DNA from: Aciduliprofundum sp.
GTDB lineage: Archaea; Thermoplasmatota; Thermoplasmata; Thermoplasmatales; ARK-15
Assembly (NCBI GenBank): GCA_002878135.1
Contig: PNIT01000176.1
Span: 1-35,032 of the forward strand
Direction of reading: 5' to 3'
DNA: 35,032 bases
Shown in pieces: positions 26,816 through 35,032 of the stretch. The notes beneath the pieces were generated by a model. It searched no databases, was not told the DNA's origin, and worked only from the letters and a program-made list of their open reading frames with translations. Numbering within the stretch: the stretch's first letter is position 1; each line of letters starts with the position of its first letter. Made by a program: the position numbers and the translations under genes.

Positions 26816-29485
26816 ATGATGAAATACATTTACTTTTTCGAGGAAGGAAACAAGGATATGAAGGATCTTTTAGGTGGGAAGGGTGCAGGTCTCTCTGAGA
26901 TGACAAACATAGGTCTTTCTGTTCCTCCCGGTTTTACCATCACAACTGAAGCATGCAAGGTATACATAAAAACAGGGAATTTTCCTGAGGGGCTCTGGGA
27001 TCAGGTACTCGAATCCATGAAAAAACTTGAGGAAAAGGCAGGTAAGAAGTTCGGTGACGAAAAGAATCCACTTCTTGTGTCTGTTCGATCAGGTGCACCT
27101 GTTTCAATGCCAGGTATGATGGACACAGTATTGAATGTAGGCCTAAACGATAAAACTGTGAAGGGCCTGGCCAAAAAGACAAACAATGAAAGGTTTGCTT
27201 ACGATTCATACAGAAGGTTAATTCAGATGTTCGGTAGGATAGTTTTAAACGTACCCGGAGAAAATTTTGAAAATGCCATGGATGAGATTAAGAAAAAATA
27301 CAACGCAAAGAATGACATAGATCTTAACACTGAATCACTGAAGGAGCTTGTTGAGGTGTACAAAAAAATCATTAAGGATCATGGAAAGGAATTCCCACAG
27401 GATCCCTACAAGCAGCTTGAATTATCCATCAGGGCTGTTTTTGAATCCTGGAACAATGAGAGGGCGAAGGTCTACAGGAAGCTCAACAATATTCCAGAGG
27501 ACCTGGGTACAGCAGTTAGCATAGTTATGATGGTATTTGGGAATATGGGACCAGATTCCGCCACAGGTGTTGCATTCACCAGGAATCCAAGCACAGGTGA
27601 AAAGGTGCTTTTCGGTGAGTACCTGACCAATGCCCAGGGTGAGGATGTTGTTGCAGGTATAAGAACACCAAAGCCCATTGCTGAGATGGAAAAGGAGATA
27701 CCTGAGGCTTACAGGGAGCTGGTAAGGAGTGCAGAGATACTGGAGAAACACTACAGGGATGTGCAGGACATAGAATTCACAGTGGAGAAGGGTAAATTCT
27801 ATCTACTTCAGACAAGGAGTGCGAAGAGGAATGCAAGGGCAGCGGTCAAGATAGCTGTGGATTTCTTCCATGAAGGTATAATAGATAAGGAAGAGATGAT
27901 AATGCGCGTAGAACCATCCACTGTTGATCAGCTCCTGCATCCACAGGTGGATGAGAGGGCACAGAAGACATTGATTGCAAAGGGCCTGGCAGCATCACCA
28001 GGTGCAGGCATAGGAAAGGTGGTTTTTGATCCAGATACCGCTGTAATACTGTCACAGAAGGGTGAAAAGGTGATACTGGTGAGGCCAGAGACCATGGCGG
28101 ATGATGTCCATGGAATAGCTGTGGCCCAGGGTGTTCTGACGTCCAGGGGAGGAATGACATCCCATGCTGCGGTGGTGGCAAGGGCAATGGGTAAACCCGC
28201 CGTGGTAGGTTCAGAGGAAGTAAAGATAGACATGAAGGCAAGGATCTTCCAGTCAAGGGGATTCACAGTGAAGGAGCTAGACGTTATAACGGTGGATGGT
28301 ACCACAGGATCCGTTTATCTTGGTGCTGTGCCAGTCTCGGTTCCTGGACTTTCACCTGAGCTGAGGGAATTCCTGAAATACTGCGATGAGGTGAGGAAGC
28401 TCGGCATAAGGGCCAATGCCAATACCCCGGAGGAGGCAAGCATAGCCAGGGAATTTGGTGCTGAGGGCATAGGTCTTGCAAGGACAGAGAGGATGTTCCT
28501 CGGTGCTGACAGGCTCCCAATAATGCAGGCCATGATAATGAGCAAAACAAAGGAGGAGAGGGTGGAACATCTGAACAGGCTGCTTGATATGCAGACAAAG
28601 GACTTCGTGGAATTCTTCAGGATAATGGACGGATTCCCCGTTATAATAAGGCTCCTGGATCCACCTCTGCATGAGTTCCTTCCTAAGCATCTTGAGCTAA
28701 TAAATGATATAAATGAGCTTAAGATGAAGCTCAGGGAATCTAAAACACTCAAGGAGATGGATGCAATCATAGAGGAAATCAACGAGAAGGACAGGATCCT
28801 CAGGACGGTAATGGCACTGGAGGAATTCAACCCCATGATAGGTTTCAGGGGATGCAGGGTGGGAATAATCTATCCTGAGATATATGAGATGCAGGTGAGG
28901 GCCATAATCAGGGCAGCTGTGAAGGTGAAGGAAGAGGGGAAGAATGTGATACCTGAGATAATGATACCCCTTGTGGGTATTGAGGGGGAGATAAGAATAC
29001 TCAGGGAGAGGCTCATACCCATAGCCGAGGAGGAATCAAAGGGAAGGATAAAGTACATGTTCGGAACGATGCTCGAGGTGCCCAGGGGTGCCCTTGTTGC
29101 GGATAAGATAGCAAAGCACGTGGACTTCTTCTCATTTGGAACAAATGACCTTACACAGATGACGTTTGGATTCTCCAGGGATGATGTGGAGGCCATATTC
29201 ATGAACAAATACCTTGAACTTGGTGTCCTGAAGGACAATCCTTTCGAGATTCTGGACAGGGAAGGCGTTGGTGAACTGATGAAGATAGCAAAGGAGAAGG
29301 GCAGAAGGGGCAATCCAAACCTTGAGCTGGGTATATGCGGTGAACACGGTGGAGAACCCTCCTCAATCGAATTCTGCCATATCATAGGTCTTGACTATGT
29401 TTCAGCATCACCCTACAGGATACCCATAGCAAGGCTTGCGGCAGCACAGGCAGCAATCAGACATAAAAAGGATTTAAATAAATGA
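26816..29485 (+). CDS. ppdK: pyruvate, phosphate dikinase
   Basis: LLGGKGA, SVRSGA..SMPGMMDT, GEDVVAG, GGMTSHAAVVAR (phospho-His), GIGLARTE, RLLDPPLHEF, SFGTNDLTQ, GICGEHGG. Confidence 0.97.
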   Translation: MMKYIYFFEEGNKDMKDLLGGKGAGLSEMTNIGLSVPPGFTITTEACKVYIKTGNFPEGLWDQVLESMKKLEEKAGKKFGDEKNPLLVSVRSGAPVSMPGMMDTVLNVGLNDKTVKGLAKKTNNERFAYDSYRRLIQMFGRIVLNVPGENFENAMDEIKKKYNAKNDIDLNTESLKELVEVYKKIIKDHGKEFPQDPYKQLELSIRAVFESWNNERAKVYRKLNNIPEDLGTAVSIVMMVFGNMGPDSATGVAFTRNPSTGEKVLFGEYLTNAQGEDVVAGIRTPKPIAEMEKEIPEAYRELVRSAEILEKHYRDVQDIEFTVEKGKFYLLQTRSAKRNARAAVKIAVDFFHEGIIDKEEMIMRVEPSTVDQLLHPQVDERAQKTLIAKGLAASPGAGIGKVVFDPDTAVILSQKGEKVILVRPETMADDVHGIAVAQGVLTSRGGMTSHAAVVARAMGKPAVVGSEEVKIDMKARIFQSRGFTVKELDVITVDGTTGSVYLGAVPVSVPGLSPELREFLKYCDEVRKLGIRANANTPEEASIAREFGAEGIGLARTERMFLGADRLPIMQAMIMSKTKEERVEHLNRLLDMQTKDFVEFFRIMDGFPVIIRLLDPPLHEFLPKHLELINDINELKMKLRESKTLKEMDAIIEEINEKDRILRTVMALEEFNPMIGFRGCRVGIIYPEIYEMQVRAIIRAAVKVKEEGKNVIPEIMIPLVGIEGEIRILRERLIPIAEEESKGRIKYMFGTMLEVPRGALVADKIAKHVDFFSFGTNDLTQMTFGFSRDDVEAIFMNKYLELGVLKDNPFEILDREGVGELMKIAKEKGRRGNPNLELGICGEHGGEPSSIEFCHIIGLDYVSASPYRIPIARLAAAQAAIRHKKDLNK

Positions 29486-29503
29486 TGAACATAAGGTGAA
29501 AGC

Positions 29504-30712
29504 ATGAGCATTATAGACAGCGTTAACATCCGGAAGATACTTGACTCAAGGGGCAATCCAACCGTTGAGGTGGATGTATTGACCATCTCAGGTGCATTCG
29601 GCAGTGCAATTGCACCTGCGGGGGCGAGCAAGGGGTCCCATGAGGTGAAGGATTATCCACCCAAGGGTGTGGATGAGGCAGTAAGGATTTTCAAGGAAAA
29701 GGTGGTTCCAGAGCTGATAGGCCTGGATGCCCTTGATCAGAAGGGCATAGATTCCATTCTCCATGAGATAGATGGCACAGATAATTTTTCAAACATAGGG
29801 GGCAATGTGGCCATAGCCACATCAATTGCAGTTGCCAAGGCTGGAGCAGATTTTCTCGGTATACCACTTTACAGGTATGTGGGTGGAATTAACTCCATAA
29901 GGATACCATTCCCCCTGGGTAATGTGATAGGTGGTGGAAAGCATGCAATCAATGGAACAACGATACAGGAATTCCTTGTTCTAACAATGGCAGATAGTGT
30001 GAAAAACTCAGTATTCACAAATGCTGAGATACACAAGGCCATAGGTAAAAAGCTCAAGGAGAAGATGCCAGGTGTATCCATAGGCATGGGGGATGAGAAG
30101 GCATGGGTGGCTTCAATAAAGGATGAGGATGCCTTCCAGATACTTGTGGATGTTATAGATGAGTACAGGTCCTCAACTGGATACAAGATATATCCAGCCG
30201 CTGATTTTGCAGCATCCTCATTCTATGTGAATGGAAAATACAGATACAGGGACAGGGAGCTTTCAAGGGAGGAACAGATAAATTATGTTGCAGAGCTTGT
30301 TGAAAAGTATGGTCTCTTCATTGTAGAGGATCCACTTGAGGAGAATGATTTTGAGGGATTTGCAAAGCTCACAGAGATGGTGGGCTCAAAGTGCCTCATA
30401 GTTGGTGATGATCTCTTCGTAACAAATATTGAGAGGTTGAGGAAAGGCGTTGAAATAAATGCTGCAAATGCGATACTCCTCAAACCAAACCAGATAGGGA
30501 CCCTTAGCGATTTCATAAAGACAGTGAATTTTGCTAAGGAATCTGCATATTCAACAGTCTTCTCCCACAGGAGCGGGGAGACTGAGGATTCAGCCCTGGC
30601 TGATATAGCGGTGGGTCTTAACGCTGATTACATAAAGACTGGAACTGTTGGCGGTGAAAGGACCGCAAAATTGAACCAGCTGATAAGGATAGAGGAAGAG
30701 ATGGAGGAATAA
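29504..30712 (+). CDS. eno: enolase (phosphopyruvate hydratase)
   Basis: [48 protein letters not shown]. Confidence 0.96.
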   Translation: MSIIDSVNIRKILDSRGNPTVEVDVLTISGAFGSAIAPAGASKGSHEVKDYPPKGVDEAVRIFKEKVVPELIGLDALDQKGIDSILHEIDGTDNFSNIGGNVAIATSIAVAKAGADFLGIPLYRYVGGINSIRIPFPLGNVIGGGKHAINGTTIQEFLVLTMADSVKNSVFTNAEIHKAIGKKLKEKMPGVSIGMGDEKAWVASIKDEDAFQILVDVIDEYRSSTGYKIYPAADFAASSFYVNGKYRYRDRELSREEQINYVAELVEKYGLFIVEDPLEENDFEGFAKLTEMVGSKCLIVGDDLFVTNIERLRKGVEINAANAILLKPNQIGTLSDFIKTVNFAKESAYSTVFSHRSGETEDSALADIAVGLNADYIKTGTVGGERTAKLNQLIRIEEEMEE

Positions 30713-30714
30713 GG

Positions 30715-31311
30715 ATGGTTGAATTGCTTGTATCAGAGGAGGAATATCTCAAGGCAGGTGTGCAGATAGGAACGCAGGTGAAATCAAGGCAGATGGTACC
30801 ATTCATCTTCAAGGTACGCTCAGATGGCCTGAACATACTTGACATTGCAAAGACTGATGAGAGGCTGAGGATAGCATCAAAATTCCTATCAAGGTTTGAC
30901 ATGGATAAGGTGCTTCTAGTAGCACAGAGACAGTACGCACAGCAGCCAACAAAGATGTTTGCAAAGGTAACAGGTGCAAAGTACATAGTGGGAAGGTTCA
31001 TACCTGGCACATTAACCAACCCAAATCTACCCAACTACACAGAGATAGATGTTCTTCTGGTGAATGATCCCATAACGGATTCACAGGCCATGAACGAGGC
31101 TGTGAAGATAGGGGTACCCATTGTTGCTCTTTGCGATGCAAACAACAGGATATCATATGTTGATGTAGTTATTCCCACAAACAACAAGGGAAGAAAGGCC
31201 CTTGCTCTCGTATACTATCTCATGGCGAGGGAGGTATCACTTCTGAAGGGTAAGATAAAGTCCTACGATGAGTTCCCATACAAGGTAGAGGATTTCGAGG
31301 CACCTCTATGA
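30715..31311 (+). CDS. rps2: 30S ribosomal protein S2 (uS2, archaeal)
   Basis: [42 protein letters not shown]. Confidence 0.96.
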   Translation: MVELLVSEEEYLKAGVQIGTQVKSRQMVPFIFKVRSDGLNILDIAKTDERLRIASKFLSRFDMDKVLLVAQRQYAQQPTKMFAKVTGAKYIVGRFIPGTLTNPNLPNYTEIDVLLVNDPITDSQAMNEAVKIGVPIVALCDANNRISYVDVVIPTNNKGRKALALVYYLMAREVSLLKGKIKSYDEFPYKVEDFEAPL

Positions 31312-32123
31312 GGGAGCCAGCAGTAGCAGGTGAATTTTATCCATCGGAACCTGGGGAGCTCCTGAGGGCCATTGAGCTCTCCTTCCTTCATCCCATAGGC
31401 CCTGGAAGGGTACCTGTGCTTTCAGAGAGAAGGGAAGGAAGGATACTTGGGGGTGTTGTGCCCCATGCGGGATACATATATTCGGGTCCGGTTGCTGCGC
31501 ATTTCTATGCTGAACTTGCCATGGATGGTTTTCCTGAGACATTCATAATTATAGGGCCAAACCATACGGGCATGGGATCACTTGTCTCCATTACCATGGA
31601 GGATTTCAGGACACCCCTGGGGGTAGCAAGGGTGGATAAGGAGATTGCAAGGGCAATACACAGGGACATCGTGGATCTTGACAGCGATGCACACGCATAT
31701 GAACATTCACTGGAGGTACAGATACCATTTCTGCAGTTCTTCAGGAGGGATGTGAGGATAGTTCCAATAGTTATGATGGCACAGGAGTACGATTTTGCCC
31801 TTGAGCTCTCAAAGATCATAAAGGATGCAATCACAGGAAGGGATGTGGTTATAATAGCGTCATCTGATTTTTCCCATTATGTACCCAGGGAAATTGCTTA
31901 CGAGAGGGATATGAAGGGCATAGAAAGGATACTGGAGGGGGATGTGAAGGGTTTTTACGAAGCCCTGAGGAGATACAATATAACCGCATGCGGCTATGGT
32001 CCAATAGCCACCATGCTCCTTGCAACTGGTGGAAGGGCAAGATTGCTGAAGTATGCCACAAGCGGTGATGTTTTCAGGATGAATGATGTTGTAGGTTATG
32101 CATCAATTGCTGTAGAGAGGTGA
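31308..32123 (+). CDS. MEMO1-family protein (AmmeMemoRadiSam protein B)
   Basis: [53 protein letters not shown]; ATGA overlap with rps2. Confidence 0.93.
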   Translation: MREPAVAGEFYPSEPGELLRAIELSFLHPIGPGRVPVLSERREGRILGGVVPHAGYIYSGPVAAHFYAELAMDGFPETFIIIGPNHTGMGSLVSITMEDFRTPLGVARVDKEIARAIHRDIVDLDSDAHAYEHSLEVQIPFLQFFRRDVRIVPIVMMAQEYDFALELSKIIKDAITGRDVVIIASSDFSHYVPREIAYERDMKGIERILEGDVKGFYEALRRYNITACGYGPIATMLLATGGRARLLKYATSGDVFRMNDVVGYASIAVER

Positions 32124-32129
32124 TATATT

Positions 32130-33494
32130 ATGGATGAAAAGATAGGATGGCTGAAGATAGGTGAAAAGGAGAAGGATGAGATAATGGATTTTTCCAGGGA
32201 TTACATGGAATTCCTCAGAAAGGTAAAGACAGAGAGGGAGGCAGTAACATACTTCCTCAACCTTGCTGAGAAGAAGGGGTTCAGGCCCCTGGGAAAGGGA
32301 ATAAAGAAGAATGGTAAGTACTACCTGGTAAAGAATGAGAAGGCAGTTGCATTCGTATTCATTGGGGATGATCCGGAGAAACCATACAGGATAATAGCAT
32401 CACACATAGATTCACCAAGGCTTGATCTCAAGCCTGCGCCCATAGTTGAGGATAAGGATTCCCACCTTGTTCTCTTCAAGACACATTACTACGGTGGGAT
32501 AAAGAAGTATCAGTGGGTATCAAGGCCCCTTGCAATACACGGTATAGTGGTGACAAAATCTGGTAAAAAGGTGAACATTGTTGTTGGCGAGGAAGAGGAT
32601 GATCCAGTTTTCACAATACCCGATCTACTTCCACACCTTTCAAGGAAGGTACAGGGTGAGAAGAAGTTACTGGAGGGATTTGAGGGTGAGGATCTACAGC
32701 TCCTCATATCACACATACCGGAGAAGGATGAGGAGAAGAGCCCATTCAAGAAGGCTCTTTTGAAGCTCCTGAAGGAGAAGTATTCGATAGAGGAAGATGA
32801 TCTCTATTCAGCTGACCTTGAGGTGGTTCCGGCCTCACAGCCAAGGGATGTGGGTCTTGACAGATCCATGCTCGGTGCCTACGGACAGGATGACAGGATA
32901 TGTGCATACACATCAGTCAGGGCACTGCTTGATTCAAGGCCTGAGAATAATACAATCGTAATACTGTTTGATAAGGAGGAGATAGGAAGCGATGGAAATG
33001 TTGGTGCCCAGAGCAACCTTGTGGAATATGTTATCACCAAGGTACTCGATGCATCCGGTAGGGATTATTCCTACGGTAAACTCCTGGACATAATGCACTC
33101 ATCAAAGGTGATAAGTGCCGATGTTAACGCCGTTGTAAACCCACTGTTCAAGCAGGTCCATGATATGAACAACGCAGCAAGGGCGGGGAATGGTGTAATA
33201 GTTACAAAGTACACAGGAAGCGGTGGAAAGTACAGTTCAAGTGAGGCACAGGCAGAACTCATGGCTGAGATAAGGAACATATTCGATTCAAAGGGTGTAA
33301 TTTACCAGTTCGGTCTTCTCGGTAAGGTGGATGAGGGCGGCGGTGGCACTGTGGCAAAATACCTGGCAAGGTATGGCATGAACGTTGTTGACATTGGACC
33401 AGGTCTCCTGAGCATGCATTCACCCTTCGAGGTCGTGAGCAAGCTTGATCTATGGAGTGCATACAGGGGATATAAGGCATTCATAGAGGCCTGA
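32130..33494 (+). CDS. M18 family aminopeptidase
   Basis: KTERE, SHIDSPRLDLKP, YYGGIKKYQW, GQDDR, KEEIGS, SADV, GGGT, SMHSP. Confidence 0.93.
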   Translation: MDEKIGWLKIGEKEKDEIMDFSRDYMEFLRKVKTEREAVTYFLNLAEKKGFRPLGKGIKKNGKYYLVKNEKAVAFVFIGDDPEKPYRIIASHIDSPRLDLKPAPIVEDKDSHLVLFKTHYYGGIKKYQWVSRPLAIHGIVVTKSGKKVNIVVGEEEDDPVFTIPDLLPHLSRKVQGEKKLLEGFEGEDLQLLISHIPEKDEEKSPFKKALLKLLKEKYSIEEDDLYSADLEVVPASQPRDVGLDRSMLGAYGQDDRICAYTSVRALLDSRPENNTIVILFDKEEIGSDGNVGAQSNLVEYVITKVLDASGRDYSYGKLLDIMHSSKVISADVNAVVNPLFKQVHDMNNAARAGNGVIVTKYTGSGGKYSSSEAQAELMAEIRNIFDSKGVIYQFGLLGKVDEGGGGTVAKYLARYGMNVVDIGPGLLSMHSPFEVVSKLDLWSAYRGYKAFIEA

Positions 33495-33496
33495 TC

Positions 33497-33940
33497 ATGA
33501 ACATAGAGGAGATCCTTTTGAATACAAAAAAGATCGCCGTCATAGGGGCCTCCACGGACAGAACCAAGCCCAGCAGGAGCGTCATGAGGTATCTCATGCG
33601 CCATGGTTACATATGCTATCCCGTGAACCCTAAGGCAGAATACATAGGTGGCATAAAGGCATACAGGAGCATACTTGACATACCCGATGAAATAGATGTC
33701 GCAGATGTATTCCTTCCGAGCGAAAAGGTGATGGATGTCATAGACGATATTGTAAAGAAAAGGGTGAAGGTTCTCTGGCTCCAGGAAGGCATAATAAATG
33801 AGAAGGCAGCAGAGATAGCAAGGAGGAATGGCATAGATGTGGTAATGGACAGGTGCATGATGAAGGAGCACGTTAAACTCAGGAAGGAGGGAAAGATAGA
33901 ATCAAGGCCCGTTCTTCAGAATATTCCCGATGAATTTTAG
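33497..33940 (+). CDS. CoA-binding protein (YccU-like)
   Basis: IAVIGAS, YPVNP, D..DVF, WLQEG, VMDRC. Confidence 0.9.
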   Translation: MNIEEILLNTKKIAVIGASTDRTKPSRSVMRYLMRHGYICYPVNPKAEYIGGIKAYRSILDIPDEIDVADVFLPSEKVMDVIDDIVKKRVKVLWLQEGIINEKAAEIARRNGIDVVMDRCMMKEHVKLRKEGKIESRPVLQNIPDEF

Positions 33941-33951
33941 AAACCCGTACC

Positions 33952-33966
33952 AAAGAATTTTAAATA
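33952..33966 (+). promoter_or_regulatory. BRE/TATA promoter of dedA (probably leaderless)
   Basis: AAAGAA-TTTTAAATA ending about 24 nt before ATG 33990. Confidence 0.45.
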
Positions 33967-33989
33967 CTATTATTATTTTATCTTTTTAA

Positions 33990-34616
33990 ATGAGTATAAC
34001 GGAGATAGCCATAGCCCTTATAATCGATTTCCTTGCGAAGTACGGTTATGCTGCAATATTCTTCCTCATGCTCCTTGAGAGCATGATGCTACCAATACCC
34101 TCGGAGGTGGTGATACCATTCGGCGGATATCTTGCATACAAGGGTGTATTGAACATATATGGTGTAATATTATCTGCCACCCTAGGTGGCCTTGCTGGAT
34201 CCTACATAGCATTCCTCATAGGTTACTATGGTGGAAGGCATTTCATAATTAAATATGGAAAATACATGCTTATAGACAGGGAGAACCTGGAGAGGGCAGA
34301 GAGATGGTTCAGCAGGTATGGTAGTATATCTTTATTCACAACAAGGCTTGTGCCCGTAATAAGGACATTCATATCCCTTCCAGCGGGCATAGCAAGGATG
34401 GATACCTACAGGTTCCTTCTTTACACATTCCTTGGATCCCTCATATGGAGCATATTTTTGGGTGTATTTGGTTATCTTCTTAAGGAGAGATGGACCATAA
34501 TATTCACGGCATTCTCAAGGCTTGATCCAGTGATAGTGGGTATAGGGATTGCAATCCTAGGATATATTATATATAAATTGTATAAAAATTATAAAAAAGA
34601 TTTGGGAATTCAGTAG
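33990..34616 (+). CDS. dedA: DedA family membrane protein
   Basis: LES..LPIPSE, GY, GYYGG, F.RYG, RLVPVIRTFISLPAG. Confidence 0.93.
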   Translation: MSITEIAIALIIDFLAKYGYAAIFFLMLLESMMLPIPSEVVIPFGGYLAYKGVLNIYGVILSATLGGLAGSYIAFLIGYYGGRHFIIKYGKYMLIDRENLERAERWFSRYGSISLFTTRLVPVIRTFISLPAGIARMDTYRFLLYTFLGSLIWSIFLGVFGYLLKERWTIIFTAFSRLDPVIVGIGIAILGYIIYKLYKNYKKDLGIQ

Positions 34617-34963
34617 GATTTAAGTCCCTCTATGATGGATTTAATCTCCTCAATCTTCTTGTTAAGATCATTCTCTATCTCTGCAACAATCTCTGAGAAG
34701 GGCTTGCTCAGCCTGTATTTATAGACGGGCCTTCCCTTTCCTTCCTTCTTTATGTCCTTCTTTACTATCCATCCCTTTTTCTCAAGTAGCTGCATTGCAA
34801 TTGATACCTCAGGCTGCCTCAATCTTGCTGCCCTCTCAATCTCAACTGATGTTGATTCCTCTACCTTCTTTAGATAAACGAGCGCCTTTGCAATGTTCCT
34901 CTGTAAACCTGCCTTTACAAGATTCTTTATGAGCTGCTCATCCTTCTCATCAAGTTCCGGCAT
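34610..34963 (-). CDS. winged-helix transcriptional regulator (archaeal TrmB/ArsR-like)
   Basis: SVEIERAARLRQPEVSIAM..L...GW...GKGRP.Y.Y.L; ATG 34963 preceded by GGGTGA. Confidence 0.85.
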   Translation of the reverse strand: MPELDEKDEQLIKNLVKAGLQRNIAKALVYLKKVEESTSVEIERAARLRQPEVSIAMQLLEKKGWIVKKDIKKEGKGRPVYKYRLSKPFSEIVAEIENDLNKKIEEIKSIIEGLKSY

Positions 34964-35032
34964 AACATTCACCCAATATATATAAATAGATTAAATATAT
35001 AAAGTTTTCTAAAATCTCTCATTAATAATTTT

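Noticed and set aside
26940-31034. Many minus-strand ORFs of 60-173 aa inside ppdK, eno and rps2
   Set aside because: Antisense shadows of conserved, codon-biased genes.
33302-33871. 189 aa minus-strand ORF spanning the M18 and CoA-binding genes
   Set aside because: Antisense to two genuine genes; His/Tyr/Cys-rich with no recognisable domain.

Overview
Gene-dense archaeal chromosomal window, most consistent with a Thermoplasmata (Aciduliprofundum-like) peptide-using thermophile. This is inferred from GGTGA ribosome-binding sites, TATA-type leaderless promoters, AGG/ATA codon bias, archaeal uS2/enolase/Hsp20/Trm112 and a bacterial-type MutS1. About 33 protein-coding genes are present; I saw no tRNA, rRNA, CRISPR array, transposase or integrase. 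Blocks in order: (1) DapA-like aldolase, class II glutamine amidotransferase and an orphan HTH/coiled-coil protein; (2) two convergent sulfide:quinone oxidoreductase-family flavoproteins flanking a repetitive all-helical DUF1641-like protein; (3) a tightly coupled NSAR/OSBS, M20 desuccinylase, GNAT, MFS, MTAP run that matches the bacterial D-to-L amino acid succinylation/racemisation pathway; (4) MutS1 with a C-terminal PIP-box-like motif, carbamate kinase and a nucleoside deaminase-like amidohydrolase; (5) sdhABCD-trm112-M20; (6) ABC1/UbiB kinase, Hsp20 and an AT-rich GT2 gene; (7) ppdK-eno-rps2-MEMO1-M18 aminopeptidase-CoA-binding protein, DedA and a wHTH regulator. The strongest candidates for an undescribed system are the archaeal D-amino-acid salvage operon with its own transporter and the double-SQR module with the expanded helical repeat partner. 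All calls come from motif reading; no database search was run.
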